Below are positions 34,569 to 44,021 of a stretch of 60,483 nucleotides of DNA, one piece after another. Origin of the DNA: a candidate division WWE3 bacterium (lineage in GTDB: Bacteria > Patescibacteriota > WWE3 > 2-01-FULL-39-13). The stretch covers positions 1 through 60,483 of the forward strand of contig JALWZX010000035.1 of assembly GCA_027002375.1 (NCBI GenBank), in the 5' to 3' direction. A model generated the notes under the pieces. It saw nothing but the letters and a program-made list of their open reading frames with translations. It had not been told where the DNA came from and ran no database searches. The position numbers and the translations under genes were made by a program. Positions within the stretch are counted from its first letter, which is position 1. Every line of letters starts with the position of its first letter.

Positions 34569-35363
34569 ATGTTATTACAATTTTTAATAGTTATACTTGT
34601 GGTAGGGTTCGTTACACCAGGGTTAACTATCAGATTTGACAGATTTTTCACCATTTTACTTTTACTTTTTGCCTTTGGTTTTGATATCAAAAGCTCCATA
34701 GACATTTTTCTTTGGGTAATCATGGTTGGTGCATTAATGGTTATTTTAAATAACAGAGAAAAATTATTGAAACTTCCGAAACAAATGAAAGTAAAATTAT
34801 TTGTTTTAATTCCTATTTTTACATTTATTGCGTCATTTTTTGGTAGTCTGCTTTTTGCAAAGGCAACCAATAATGCCTTAATTATTTTATTGGGAATTCT
34901 GGCGATTTTGTATGGTTTAAGACTTATGTTTATACACTTCCAAGAGCATGAATTAGAGTTTGAAAAAGGACACCCAATAATCACCAAAATATGTGGACTT
35001 CTAGGCCCATGGATAAGTGGGTTCTTCATAGGTTTAGTCGGAACTTCGTTAAAACCATTAAAAATTCCATTTGCAGTAAAAATTGGAAAAATGAATATGA
35101 GGCAGGTTTACTTAGGAAACACAATAACTACATTTTTTGCAGCCATGTTTTCTATAGTTTGGCATTATGTTTTGGTAGATACGCAGAATTCCACAAAATT
35201 TTATCAAGAAATGTTGCTAGGCTTAGCACTATGGACGGGCATACATTATGTTTATGAACTTACAGAGATGGTATTTCCACCAAAATACAAAAAATCATTT
35301 CAAGTTCTAATTGGAATAATTTTAGTAATAGTATCAGCAAAAATATTTCTTTTAGTAGCATAA
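34569..35363 (+). CDS. Polytopic membrane protein (possibly TauE/SafE-like anion exporter)
   Basis: 264 aa with about 7-8 hydrophobic helices. The family call is weak and rests on size and topology only. Confidence 0.35.
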   Translation: MLLQFLIVILVVGFVTPGLTIRFDRFFTILLLLFAFGFDIKSSIDIFLWVIMVGALMVILNNREKLLKLPKQMKVKLFVLIPIFTFIASFFGSLLFAKATNNALIILLGILAILYGLRLMFIHFQEHELEFEKGHPIITKICGLLGPWISGFFIGLVGTSLKPLKIPFAVKIGKMNMRQVYLGNTITTFFAAMFSIVWHYVLVDTQNSTKFYQEMLLGLALWTGIHYVYELTEMVFPPKYKKSFQVLIGIILVIVSAKIFLLVA

Positions 35364-35468
35364 ATGAAACACCACGGGCTAAAGCCCGTGGTTTCTTATC
35401 GTCAATTACTATTGTTGACCAACTTCATCCACGCACTAAAGTGCATGGTTTAAGTTTGGCGATAATAA
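35364..35468 (+). repeat. Double-hairpin ~105 bp repeat, copy C
   Basis: ATGAAAC-CCACGGGC-TAAA-GCCCGTGG...CCACGCAC-TAAA-GTGCATGG...GGCGATAATAA. Starts immediately after a TAA stop and ends 5 nt before the next ATG. Confidence 0.85.
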
Positions 35469-35473
35469 ATTCT

Positions 35474-36451
35474 ATGGACATATTTTACGGCTTCGAATTA
35501 CTAGCCAATTACGTTACTTATAACTTGTTATCACTTGATGCTGGTACACAAATTGCTGACTCAGTTCAATTCTTTATTTACGACACATTAAAGATTCTTA
35601 CATTACTTTTAGTGGTGACGCATTTTATGAGTTTGCTTCGCTACTACTTGCCTATCGAAAAGATTCGCGATTTCTTAGCAAGTCATAAATTTTATGGTTT
35701 AGATTATTTCTTTGCTACAGTATTTGGTGCAATCACCCCATTTTGTTCTTGTTCATCAATACCACTTTTCATTGGTTTTATTGAGGCTGGAATTCCACTT
35801 GGTGTCACATTTGCGTTTTTAATAACATCGCCACTTATTAACGAGATCGCATTAGCACTATTTGTTGGAATGTTCGGGATAAAAATTACAACAATTTATG
35901 TTGTGGCTGGTATAACAATTGGTATGGTAGGTGGTTTTATTATTCAAAAGCTTCACTTAGAAAAATATGTAGAAGATTTTGTCTGGAAAGTTAAAAGCCA
36001 AGATCAGGAAGTAGAAATTGAAGGTTACAAAATTTCATTTGGTAAAGTATTAAAACTAATTTCAAAAGAAGCATTCGATATAACTAAAAAGATTACCCCG
36101 TATGTATTGGTTGGTATTGCAATCGGAGCATTAATTCATGGTTTTGTTCCAGAAAATTTCTTTGGCCATTATTTACAAAAAGCAGGTTGGTTAGGTGTGC
36201 CATTGGCAGTTCTGTTAGCGGTGCCGTTATATTCAAATGCTAGCGGTGTAATTCCCATAATAGAATCTTTAGTAAGTAAAGGTGTACCAATTGGAACTGC
36301 CTTAGCATTCATGATGGCTGTTGTTGGTTTATCATTACCTGAAGCATTAATTCTAAAAAAGGTTATGAAATGGCAACTTCTAGCAATATTTTTTGGCATT
36401 GTAACATCAGGAATAATAATAATTGGTTATATTTTCAATATAATTTTGTAA
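35474..36451 (+). CDS. Permease of the ArsP/YraQ (DUF318) type
   Basis: ITPFCSCSSIPLF motif with two repeats of about 4 TM each. Start moved to ATG 35474 because the track GTG at 35441 lies inside repeat copy C. Confidence 0.7.
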   Translation: MDIFYGFELLANYVTYNLLSLDAGTQIADSVQFFIYDTLKILTLLLVVTHFMSLLRYYLPIEKIRDFLASHKFYGLDYFFATVFGAITPFCSCSSIPLFIGFIEAGIPLGVTFAFLITSPLINEIALALFVGMFGIKITTIYVVAGITIGMVGGFIIQKLHLEKYVEDFVWKVKSQDQEVEIEGYKISFGKVLKLISKEAFDITKKITPYVLVGIAIGALIHGFVPENFFGHYLQKAGWLGVPLAVLLAVPLYSNASGVIPIIESLVSKGVPIGTALAFMMAVVGLSLPEALILKKVMKWQLLAIFFGIVTSGIIIIGYIFNIIL

Positions 36452-36649
36452 TGAAACGAGACATATCAAAGATGCCTGTAAGTTAAAGCTTATGTTATAC
36501 TTATGCTAGTAATTTCTGCCAAAGTATCATAGATAAAATGACAGAAGAATATCCGTTTGAATCTAAATTAACAGAAGAGCAAATTGAATCGGTGCTAGAG
36601 TTACTACTCACTAGTAGAACCAAACGAAATAATAACCAGTAGATCCCCG

Positions 36650-37108
36650 TTGGAATTAGAAAACGGTTGGAAATTTATTAGCTTTGGTGGCGATCATGCT
36701 AAATTGCTTACAGCAAATCCAGAGAAAGGGATTTTTGTAAAACTTTATTTGGAGGATGGGCTGGCTAGTGCTGTAATTAAAGATTACAGAGAAATATATA
36801 GGATTCTTAAAGAAACAGCTAATATTTTATATCCAATAGCTAGAGTTGGAAATGCACTTGTGTATCCATACATTGCTTATACATATGAAAATAAGATTTA
36901 TGTTGGTAACACACAAGAGTTAGATGAAATTGCTAGTATAATTAACGACCGTCTTCTTTTGGGTACAGCAGGTAGTGTGATGAAACTCACTGAAGATGGT
37001 AGATACTTTTTCGTTGATTTTGTTGACGACTCTTCGGGGAATTGGGCTCGTCATAAAGACTTTTTCTCTCAAAGTCAAAATACAACCGATGAGATAGAAT
37101 ATTTATAG
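36650..37108 (+). CDS. Hypothetical protein (start uncertain; possibly split by a frameshift from a 34-codon ORF at 36538)
   Basis: The track start is TTG and there is no in-frame ATG upstream. An ATG ORF at 36538-36642 sits in an adjacent frame and overlaps the open part of this frame. Confidence 0.35.
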   Translation: MELENGWKFISFGGDHAKLLTANPEKGIFVKLYLEDGLASAVIKDYREIYRILKETANILYPIARVGNALVYPYIAYTYENKIYVGNTQELDEIASIINDRLLLGTAGSVMKLTEDGRYFFVDFVDDSSGNWARHKDFFSQSQNTTDEIEYL

Positions 37109-37241
37109 GTGTGTGTATTCTTTGATTTTATCAAAGCGATAGAATATAAAATTCCCTAATTAGTGATGCAATCCAATTTAGCAAAAATTACGCAATATTA
37201 AACAAAATCTACTATCACCCATGTAGTCTTACCCAACTCTA

Positions 37242-37270
37242 TTGTCAACAGTGTCGCACTGTTATATCAT
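37242..37270 (+). promoter_or_regulatory. Near-consensus promoter with palindromic spacer; predicts a leaderless transcript
   Basis: TTGTCA, a 17-nt spacer and TATCAT. The spacer contains AACAGTG-TCG-CACTGTT. The -10 ends 6 nt before the ATG at 37277. Confidence 0.4.
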
Positions 37271-37276
37271 TAACAT

Positions 37277-38242
37277 ATGTCAGACCAAAAATACGACAGA
37301 AATCAAGAAATCTACAACAAATACATGCAAGGTAACACGTCTTACAACAAACTTGCGCGTGAATATAATCTTACACCTCAACGAATTCAGGTAATTGTTT
37401 CTGATTTTCGCAATCAAAAAACAAAAGATAACCTAAAACCTAATGATCCACAGGAAAAACGAGAAGAATACAAAAACTTAGCAATAGAAGTTAGAGAAAG
37501 TGCGAGATACAAAAAAGCGATAAGTATGTTTAAAGAAGTTTTAGCTTGGGACGTGGCGAATAAAAATCACACAGGTTATGTTGATGTGTTGGGGCATACC
37601 AAAATTGCATACGTAAAACTAGCCGAGAATTCCAAAAATAAAAAAGATCAAGAATATTATTACACCAAAGCTACAGAATCTTTAGATGAAGCTGTTAAAA
37701 CAATAAAAGAATACGACCTTGGCGAAGGTAGAATGGCGATTATGAAAGTACACAAAACTGGAATTATGATAAAACTTGCGAATTCCCAATCAAAAACGAA
37801 AAAAGAAAAAACGTTAAAGTTGGCTTTAAAAACAATAAATTCAGCGATCAAAAGTTTGCCAGGCTCAGAAGCGCACAAGGCATGGGCTATGATTAAAAAA
37901 GCACAAATATTACATTTGATGGGGAATTCACAAGATGCACTAAATGTAGCCCACGATGCTGAAACCAACCTTTTCTTAGGGTACGATCAAGAGCTTGATG
38001 TTAAATACAACCAAAAAACAGGAAGAAAAGTAATTGGTGGTGACCAAGGAATAATAAAACTTAGGGTTTGGTTATCAATGATTTTTATAACAATCGCACA
38101 AATTTACAAAGACACACAGAAATATGTTTTGGCACAATATTATGTAGAATCTGTTTTATCAATAAACGACCCAGAAAAAGTTCTAAAATCTATAAAACAA
38201 GACGCAAAAAAATTGCAGAAAGAAATTGATAATAGTTATTAA
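37277..38242 (+). CDS. Hypothetical protein with N-terminal HTH-like segment and helical-repeat (TPR-like) body
   Basis: NTSYNKLAREYNLTPQRIQVIV looks like a sigma-r4/HTH unit. The remainder is helical repeats. Confidence 0.45.
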   Translation: MSDQKYDRNQEIYNKYMQGNTSYNKLAREYNLTPQRIQVIVSDFRNQKTKDNLKPNDPQEKREEYKNLAIEVRESARYKKAISMFKEVLAWDVANKNHTGYVDVLGHTKIAYVKLAENSKNKKDQEYYYTKATESLDEAVKTIKEYDLGEGRMAIMKVHKTGIMIKLANSQSKTKKEKTLKLALKTINSAIKSLPGSEAHKAWAMIKKAQILHLMGNSQDALNVAHDAETNLFLGYDQELDVKYNQKTGRKVIGGDQGIIKLRVWLSMIFITIAQIYKDTQKYVLAQYYVESVLSINDPEKVLKSIKQDAKKLQKEIDNSY

Positions 38243-38251
38243 CAATATTAA

Positions 38252-38872
38252 ATGGATGTGAAAAAAGTTACAATACAAAATTATAATAAAATCGCAAGTC
38301 AGTATAATACTACTAACCACGATCACTTTTGGATAAATGAGTTTGAGTTTTTTAGAGAAAATTTAAAAGGAACGAATGTTATAGATTTAGGTTGTGGAGC
38401 AGGAAGAGATGCTGAGGTTTTCATAAGAAACAATTTTGATTATATTGGAATAGATTTATCTGAAGGTATGCTTAAAGTTGCTAAAAAAAGAAATCCAGAG
38501 GGAAAGTTTTTGCAAATGGATTTTAACAATTTAAAATTCGGCGATAAAAGCTTTGATGGTTTTTGGGCCGCAGCGAGCTTTTTACATGTTCCTAGAAAGG
38601 AAATGTTGGATGTACTATTAGAAGCTAAAAGAACATTAAAAGATAATGGTTTAGGTTTTGTTTCAATCAAGAGAAAATTGAATTTTGAAGAAGGTATTAT
38701 TACACAAAACAAATATGTCGGGAAAATTGAGAGATTTTTCTCGTTTTACTCTAAGAATGAATTCACTGGATATTTACGAAAAGCCGGATTTAAAATCATA
38801 AATTTTATGACTGAAATTGAAAACGATGAACGTAAAACTGAATGGTTATGTTTTTTTGTTAAGAAACAATAA
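38252..38872 (+). CDS. Class I SAM-dependent methyltransferase
   Basis: Motif I VIDLGCGAGRDA, with motif post-I IGIDLSEGML. Confidence 0.8.
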   Translation: MDVKKVTIQNYNKIASQYNTTNHDHFWINEFEFFRENLKGTNVIDLGCGAGRDAEVFIRNNFDYIGIDLSEGMLKVAKKRNPEGKFLQMDFNNLKFGDKSFDGFWAAASFLHVPRKEMLDVLLEAKRTLKDNGLGFVSIKRKLNFEEGIITQNKYVGKIERFFSFYSKNEFTGYLRKAGFKIINFMTEIENDERKTEWLCFFVKKQ

Positions 38873-38891
38873 CTACAGATATTTATGTAAT

Positions 38892-39836
38892 TCAACCGGC
38901 AACACGCGATTTTTTATCTTTCTCATGCTTCCTAATAATATAATTTATACTCGCCAAAGCTAAAAGCGAAATCACAAATCCTAAAATTCCCAACAATTGA
39001 CTTTCTAAAAATGTATAAAATTGTAAAACAAAAAGTGATACGTAAGTTGCGTATCTAAAATAATGATAAGCACGGTAATGCGATTTTCTAATGTACAGAT
39101 ATACACCTATTAGAACTAAAATGTTATAAGCTATGGTACCAAGAACTTCTGGCATATGGGTTTTGGGAAGTAACTCAGCTAAATCTTTTTCAGGTATAAA
39201 TAAAGCCCAAAACATAGCAATGCCGTCAAATAATGCCGTGAGAAAGAAATATGACACCAATAAAATCTCAAACCACCTAGATTTAACTATTTTGTCAATA
39301 TAAGTTTGTGCTTTGCTACTAAATTTTATATACATCGCAGGAAAAAACGCATTGCTATCTCTATCAGATATCTTTTTGATTTCCTCATTAGCTTTTATTT
39401 CTTCTTTTGTATAAACTGTATGTTCTTGCAAAAACTGTAATGTAAAAAATATTACCAAAAAAATACCATACATTATTGCGAAAGTAGGCTTAAAAAAATA
39501 ATTGTTGTCTGAAGTTAAAAATTTACCTAGTTCGTCTATAAATAATCCAAATCCAATACCTGCTAGAAGTGATGCAAACCACTTCAGTTGAATGTTTACA
39601 TATGTTAAGAGAATCATTATAGAAATTAGCATAAACATACCACCCCAAAGCATATGTGCAATATGTAATGTTTCGTTTCCAACCTGCGGATATCCTGTTA
39701 AATGTAAAAACGTTCTTGTGGCAATAATTGTCGTAACTGATGTAACAAGAAAAACCTCACCATAATTTGGTCCATCGGTGTCTCTAATTAAATTGTGGTA
39801 TTTACGATGTTTTTTTTGTTTTTGATTCTTTTGCAT
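38892..39836 (-). CDS. Hypothetical polytopic membrane protein
   Basis: 314 aa with about 8 hydrophobic helices. No family recognised. Confidence 0.5.
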   Translation of the reverse strand: MQKNQKQKKHRKYHNLIRDTDGPNYGEVFLVTSVTTIIATRTFLHLTGYPQVGNETLHIAHMLWGGMFMLISIMILLTYVNIQLKWFASLLAGIGFGLFIDELGKFLTSDNNYFFKPTFAIMYGIFLVIFFTLQFLQEHTVYTKEEIKANEEIKKISDRDSNAFFPAMYIKFSSKAQTYIDKIVKSRWFEILLVSYFFLTALFDGIAMFWALFIPEKDLAELLPKTHMPEVLGTIAYNILVLIGVYLYIRKSHYRAYHYFRYATYVSLFVLQFYTFLESQLLGILGFVISLLALASINYIIRKHEKDKKSRVAG

Positions 39837-39909
39837 CTTATGTTTTAAAACTTAATTTTAATTGTATGTACCATTAAAATGCTCACCAACTATTTTTAGC
39901 TCTGCAACC

Positions 39910-40278
39910 TTAGGTTTGTGGCTGTTTTCTGACTTTCTTCGCCCGTTTTCCAGCCCTTTCAACTCTACGTTTCATTATATATTTATTCATACCTGTTATA
40001 AGACTCGTCATAATACCAATGCCTGTTAAAATAAATATCGGCGTAATAAATTTGCCTATAGACGTGTGTGGGGTTATATCACCATACCCAACAGTTGTTA
40101 ATGTTATTACAATAAAATACCACGAGTCCAACAAAGACAAGCCTTCGTATGTATGGTAGAACATCATGCCAATTAGAATGACCAATATTGCTGAAATTAC
40201 GGTTACACCAATTTGAAGTTTTGCTTCTTGGTGCATTTTGTCGTCTAAATCTTTATTATCTGTTCCATCATATTTCAT
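39910..40278 (-). CDS. Minimal two-TM potassium channel
   Basis: Selectivity filter TTVGYGD between two TM helices; basic C-terminal tail. Confidence 0.8.
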   Translation of the reverse strand: MKYDGTDNKDLDDKMHQEAKLQIGVTVISAILVILIGMMFYHTYEGLSLLDSWYFIVITLTTVGYGDITPHTSIGKFITPIFILTGIGIMTSLITGMNKYIMKRRVERAGKRAKKVRKQPQT

Positions 40279-40362
40279 ATTCTAGAATATACCATAACTA
40301 CTATATTTGCTCTACATTTGTGAGTGCACAAATTTAATAAAAATCGTATAATATAGCTTATC

Positions 40363-40626
40363 ATGAACAAAATAGCAAAATATTTTTTAGTCGCATTAGT
40401 ATTAATTTATATAATATCACCAGTAGATTTTCTACCCGGCCCTGTTGACGATTTCATCGCGTTAATAATACTTCTTTATAAGTTATTTGACACCGCTTCG
40501 GTTCCAACAAAAGAGAAAATTGAGAAAACGATTAGGCCAAAAGAAAAAATAAACGAAGAACTGCACAAAGGTAAAATTCCAACAGAAAAATCAAAAGAAA
40601 TCATTGATGCTGAAGTTGAAAATTGA
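40363..40626 (+). CDS. DUF1232 (YkvA-like) membrane protein
   Basis: ISPVDFLPGPVDDFIALIIL matches the DUF1232 pattern. Confidence 0.6.
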   Translation: MNKIAKYFLVALVLIYIISPVDFLPGPVDDFIALIILLYKLFDTASVPTKEKIEKTIRPKEKINEELHKGKIPTEKSKEIIDAEVEN

Positions 40627-40703
40627 GCTAAATAATCTTTATGTGGAAATCTGCCTATAAATATATTAAAATCAAACAGTTATTTAAATTTGCAACATAA
40701 ACT

Positions 40704-42986
40704 ATGGACAAAAAATACGATCATAAAAAATACGAAGAACAAATTTCAAAAATGTGGCTAGAAGGTGACTACTTCAAAGCTGATGCAAAATCTGATAAGG
40801 AACCATATTGCATTGTACTGCCACCACCAAATGCCTCAGGCAAAATGCATACAGGTAATGTTTTAATGATAGCAATTGAAGATTTATTAATAAGATATAA
40901 AAGAATGAAGGGTTATGAGGTTTTGTGGGTTCCGGGTACAGACCACGCGGGTTTTGAAACACAAACCACATTTGAAAGAAAATTAAAAAAAGAGGGTAAA
41001 TCTCGTTTTGATTTCGACAGAAAAACCCTTTACGACACGATAATGAAATTTGTTCTAGAAAACAAAAGTGCTATAGAAGAACAAATCAGGCAAATGGGGG
41101 CAAGTGTTGATTGGTCTAGATATCGTTTTGCATTAGATAAAGAATCGATCGACACAGTTGTAAATACTTTTGAAAAGTTAGAAAAAGACGGCAAAATCTA
41201 TCGTGACAATTATCTTGTTAACTATTCATTCAAATGGGGTACGACATTTAGTGATGCAGAAATTACCTATAAAGATAGTAAAACCAAGTTAGTCTATGTT
41301 AGATACAAAGTTGTTGACCCAGAAGATAACCAACCAGAATATATTATAGTTGCGACGACTCGCCCTGAAACAATACCTGTAGATACGCATTTAGCGATTA
41401 ATCCAAAAGATGAAAGCAAGAAGTGGCTTTTGAATAAAAAAGTTTTGAACCCGTTAACAGATAAAGAAATGTCATTTATAGAAGACAATTATGTTGATGT
41501 GGAATTCGGTACGGGTATTGTAAAAATAACCCCTGCACATGACAAGGCCGACTTTGAAGTTGGTAAAAAGCATAAACTTCCCATAATAAATTTAATAACA
41601 TTAGAGGGTAAACTAAATGAAAAAGGTGGCGAACTTTCAGACTTATCTATTTTAGAAGCACGCAAAAAGGCAATAGAGATATTACAGCAAAAAGACCTAA
41701 TAGAAAAAATAAACGAAGAATATGAAAATGTTGTGCCTGTAGATTACCGATCAGGCGATTATGTAGAGCAACTTGTAATACCAAACTGGTTCGTAAAAGT
41801 AGATGAAATGCGAGATATGGCTCTAAATGTTTTCGAAAAAGGTGACCTAAAGATTTACCCTAAATGGCGAGAAATTACATATAAAAGGTGGGTAGAAAAC
41901 ATGCATGACTGGGCAATCTCAAGACAGGTTGTATGGGGAATTCAAATACCTGCTTGGTATAACGTAGACGAAAACCCTGAAATCAAAGTGAGTTATCTAG
42001 ACCCATCAGGTAATCTGCAAAATGAAACAATAAAAGAAGCTCTGGAAAAGTATTCACTAAAAGAAGTAGAAGAAGGAATTCAATCATTAATCGCACCTGC
42101 TGGTGCAACATATGTAATAAATACAGAAAAACCGGGTGAAAGATATATACAAGAAACAGACACATTTGATACATGGTTTAGCAGTGGGCAATGGCCTTTA
42201 ATAACATTAGGTTACCCAGATTCAGATGATTTCAAAAAGTTTTATCCAACATCAGTATTAGAAACAGGTTGGGAAATCATAACAAGGTGGGTGTCGCGAA
42301 TGGTAATGTTTGGAATGTATTTAACCGGTGAAGTTCCCTTTAAAGATGTTTATTTGCATGGAATTGTTCGTGCAATAGATGGTAGAAAAATGAGCAAAAG
42401 CTTAGGCAATGTAATAAACCCAGAAGAATATATCGAAGAATTTGGTGTAGATGCATTACGAATGGGGCTAATAAGTGGTACCGCAAACGGAAAAGACTTT
42501 AATTTCCCAAGAGACAAAATAATAGGATATCGAAAATTCACAAATAAAATTTGGAACATGGCAAGATTTATGTTAATGATGATTGAACGAGAAGGTTATG
42601 ATGAGAAAAACCCACTACCTTTTTGGTCTAAAGATTACAAAGAGAAAGCTGAAAGTGAAATGATTGAACAAGATGATGAAATTCTGAATAAATTAGTGGA
42701 AACAATAAAAGAAGTAGAGAACAAAATAGATCAATACAGATTTGCTGATGCGTGTGATGCAATCTACCATTTTATGTGGAACGAAATAGCAGACAAATAT
42801 ATAGAAGATGTAAAGTCGCGCGATGGAAAAAGCAAAGAAATAGGTTTAGTCATCTTGCGATACGTGTACTTGAACAGTCTAAAAATGCTACATCCCTTTA
42901 TGCCATTTATAACTGAAGTAATTTGGGGTGAAATGCCACGAAAATGTGACAACCCATTAGTTATTAGTAATTGGCCTGATAAATAG
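40704..42986 (+). CDS. valS: Valine--tRNA ligase (short form, no C-terminal coiled coil)
   Basis: PPPNASGKMHTGN (HIGH region), TTRPETIPVD, GTGIVKITPAHD (editing domain) and KMSKS. Confidence 0.9.
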   Translation: MDKKYDHKKYEEQISKMWLEGDYFKADAKSDKEPYCIVLPPPNASGKMHTGNVLMIAIEDLLIRYKRMKGYEVLWVPGTDHAGFETQTTFERKLKKEGKSRFDFDRKTLYDTIMKFVLENKSAIEEQIRQMGASVDWSRYRFALDKESIDTVVNTFEKLEKDGKIYRDNYLVNYSFKWGTTFSDAEITYKDSKTKLVYVRYKVVDPEDNQPEYIIVATTRPETIPVDTHLAINPKDESKKWLLNKKVLNPLTDKEMSFIEDNYVDVEFGTGIVKITPAHDKADFEVGKKHKLPIINLITLEGKLNEKGGELSDLSILEARKKAIEILQQKDLIEKINEEYENVVPVDYRSGDYVEQLVIPNWFVKVDEMRDMALNVFEKGDLKIYPKWREITYKRWVENMHDWAISRQVVWGIQIPAWYNVDENPEIKVSYLDPSGNLQNETIKEALEKYSLKEVEEGIQSLIAPAGATYVINTEKPGERYIQETDTFDTWFSSGQWPLITLGYPDSDDFKKFYPTSVLETGWEIITRWVSRMVMFGMYLTGEVPFKDVYLHGIVRAIDGRKMSKSLGNVINPEEYIEEFGVDALRMGLISGTANGKDFNFPRDKIIGYRKFTNKIWNMARFMLMMIEREGYDEKNPLPFWSKDYKEKAESEMIEQDDEILNKLVETIKEVENKIDQYRFADACDAIYHFMWNEIADKYIEDVKSRDGKSKEIGLVILRYVYLNSLKMLHPFMPFITEVIWGEMPRKCDNPLVISNWPDK

Positions 42987-43015
42987 AAAAACATTTCTTA
43001 GATTCACACGCGAAC

Positions 43016-43783
43016 TTAAGTAGAAGTTTCTTCGCGAGATTCATTGTTAGCCTTATTATCACTTTTACCTTCTTCGCCTACGTCCTCTCTCTCACTAGTA
43101 ACCTCGATGTCTTCAACAGACATTGGTTCTTCTTCCTCAACCTCTAATTGTTCTGCGTAATCTATTTTTAGCAACACGTCTTCAGAATCGTGTTTAATTT
43201 CAATCTTTTCAGGATCAACCTTTATTGCTTCTCCAACTGTTAAAACATCATTAACTTCCTTTAAACCGCTAATGTCCACTTCAAAGTTTTGTGGTAAATC
43301 TTGAGGTAGACACTCTACTTCAATTTCATCCAATTGTACTAGAATCATACCCTCACCAGATTGTATAGGTTCGCAGTTTTCTTCACCAACAATTTCCACA
43401 GGAATTTTAGCTGTAATCTTTTCACTCATATCTACTTCATAAAATGATGCATGTATAATATCTAATGTTACAGGATTTTTTTGAATATCTGTAATAAGGA
43501 TTTTTCTTTTGTCTAAAGAGTTTTTGTCAACATCTTCTGAGATTCTTATTCTGTCATTACTAGTTTTATCGTAATCACCATCTATATATAATGTTACAAG
43601 TGTTGATTCTCCAGCATCTTTATATACTTTTATAAAATCTTTTAGATTTACTGTCAAGTTCTCAGAATCCTCGCCTTTTTGCGATTTCTTTTTTGAAAAT
43701 AAAACTACAGGAAGTAATCCATTTTCTCTTAAACTTTTTACTTTCGAACCTTTGGTTTGTCGTTTTTTTGCAAAAATTTCCAT
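43016..43783 (-). CDS. rplY: 50S ribosomal protein L25/Ctc-type with acidic C-terminal tail
   Basis: KKRQTKGSKVKSLRENGLLPVVLF at the N-terminus and two beta-barrel-like halves. Confidence 0.75.
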   Translation of the reverse strand: MEIFAKKRQTKGSKVKSLRENGLLPVVLFSKKKSQKGEDSENLTVNLKDFIKVYKDAGESTLVTLYIDGDYDKTSNDRIRISEDVDKNSLDKRKILITDIQKNPVTLDIIHASFYEVDMSEKITAKIPVEIVGEENCEPIQSGEGMILVQLDEIEVECLPQDLPQNFEVDISGLKEVNDVLTVGEAIKVDPEKIEIKHDSEDVLLKIDYAEQLEVEEEEPMSVEDIEVTSEREDVGEEGKSDNKANNESREETST

Positions 43784-44021
43784 AATACTTGTGGGTCAGA
43801 TTTTAAAATCCTTTTTACTGAAACTATTTCACTAAACTCTATATTGTTTTTTAAATCTAGATTTTTATTGTTTTTAGTTACAACAGAGCTTTTGCGTATT
43901 TCTTTTTTAATGCTTTTTCTATTCATAATTTACTACCGCAATAGTTTAACATTTTATAGAAAAATATCAACATAATTACAAGATGTATTGCTTATAGATG
44001 TTACCATTTCTGCATGAAAAT

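Noticed and set aside
34514-35029. 171-aa minus-strand ORF
   Set aside because: It is antisense to the 264-aa polytopic membrane protein gene, whose hydrophobic periodicity and operon context are more convincing.
35441-35473. GTG start and first 11 codons of the permease ORF as given in the track
   Set aside because: These codons are part of repeat copy C (hairpin 2 and the GGCGATAATAA terminus). ATG 35474 directly follows the element and gives a sensible N-terminus.
43738-43975. 62-aa minus-strand ORF and 72-aa plus-strand ORF upstream of rplY
   Set aside because: Both overlap the L25 start region. They are Lys/Asn/Phe-rich low-complexity sequence typical of AT-rich intergenic DNA, with no motif or coupling signal.
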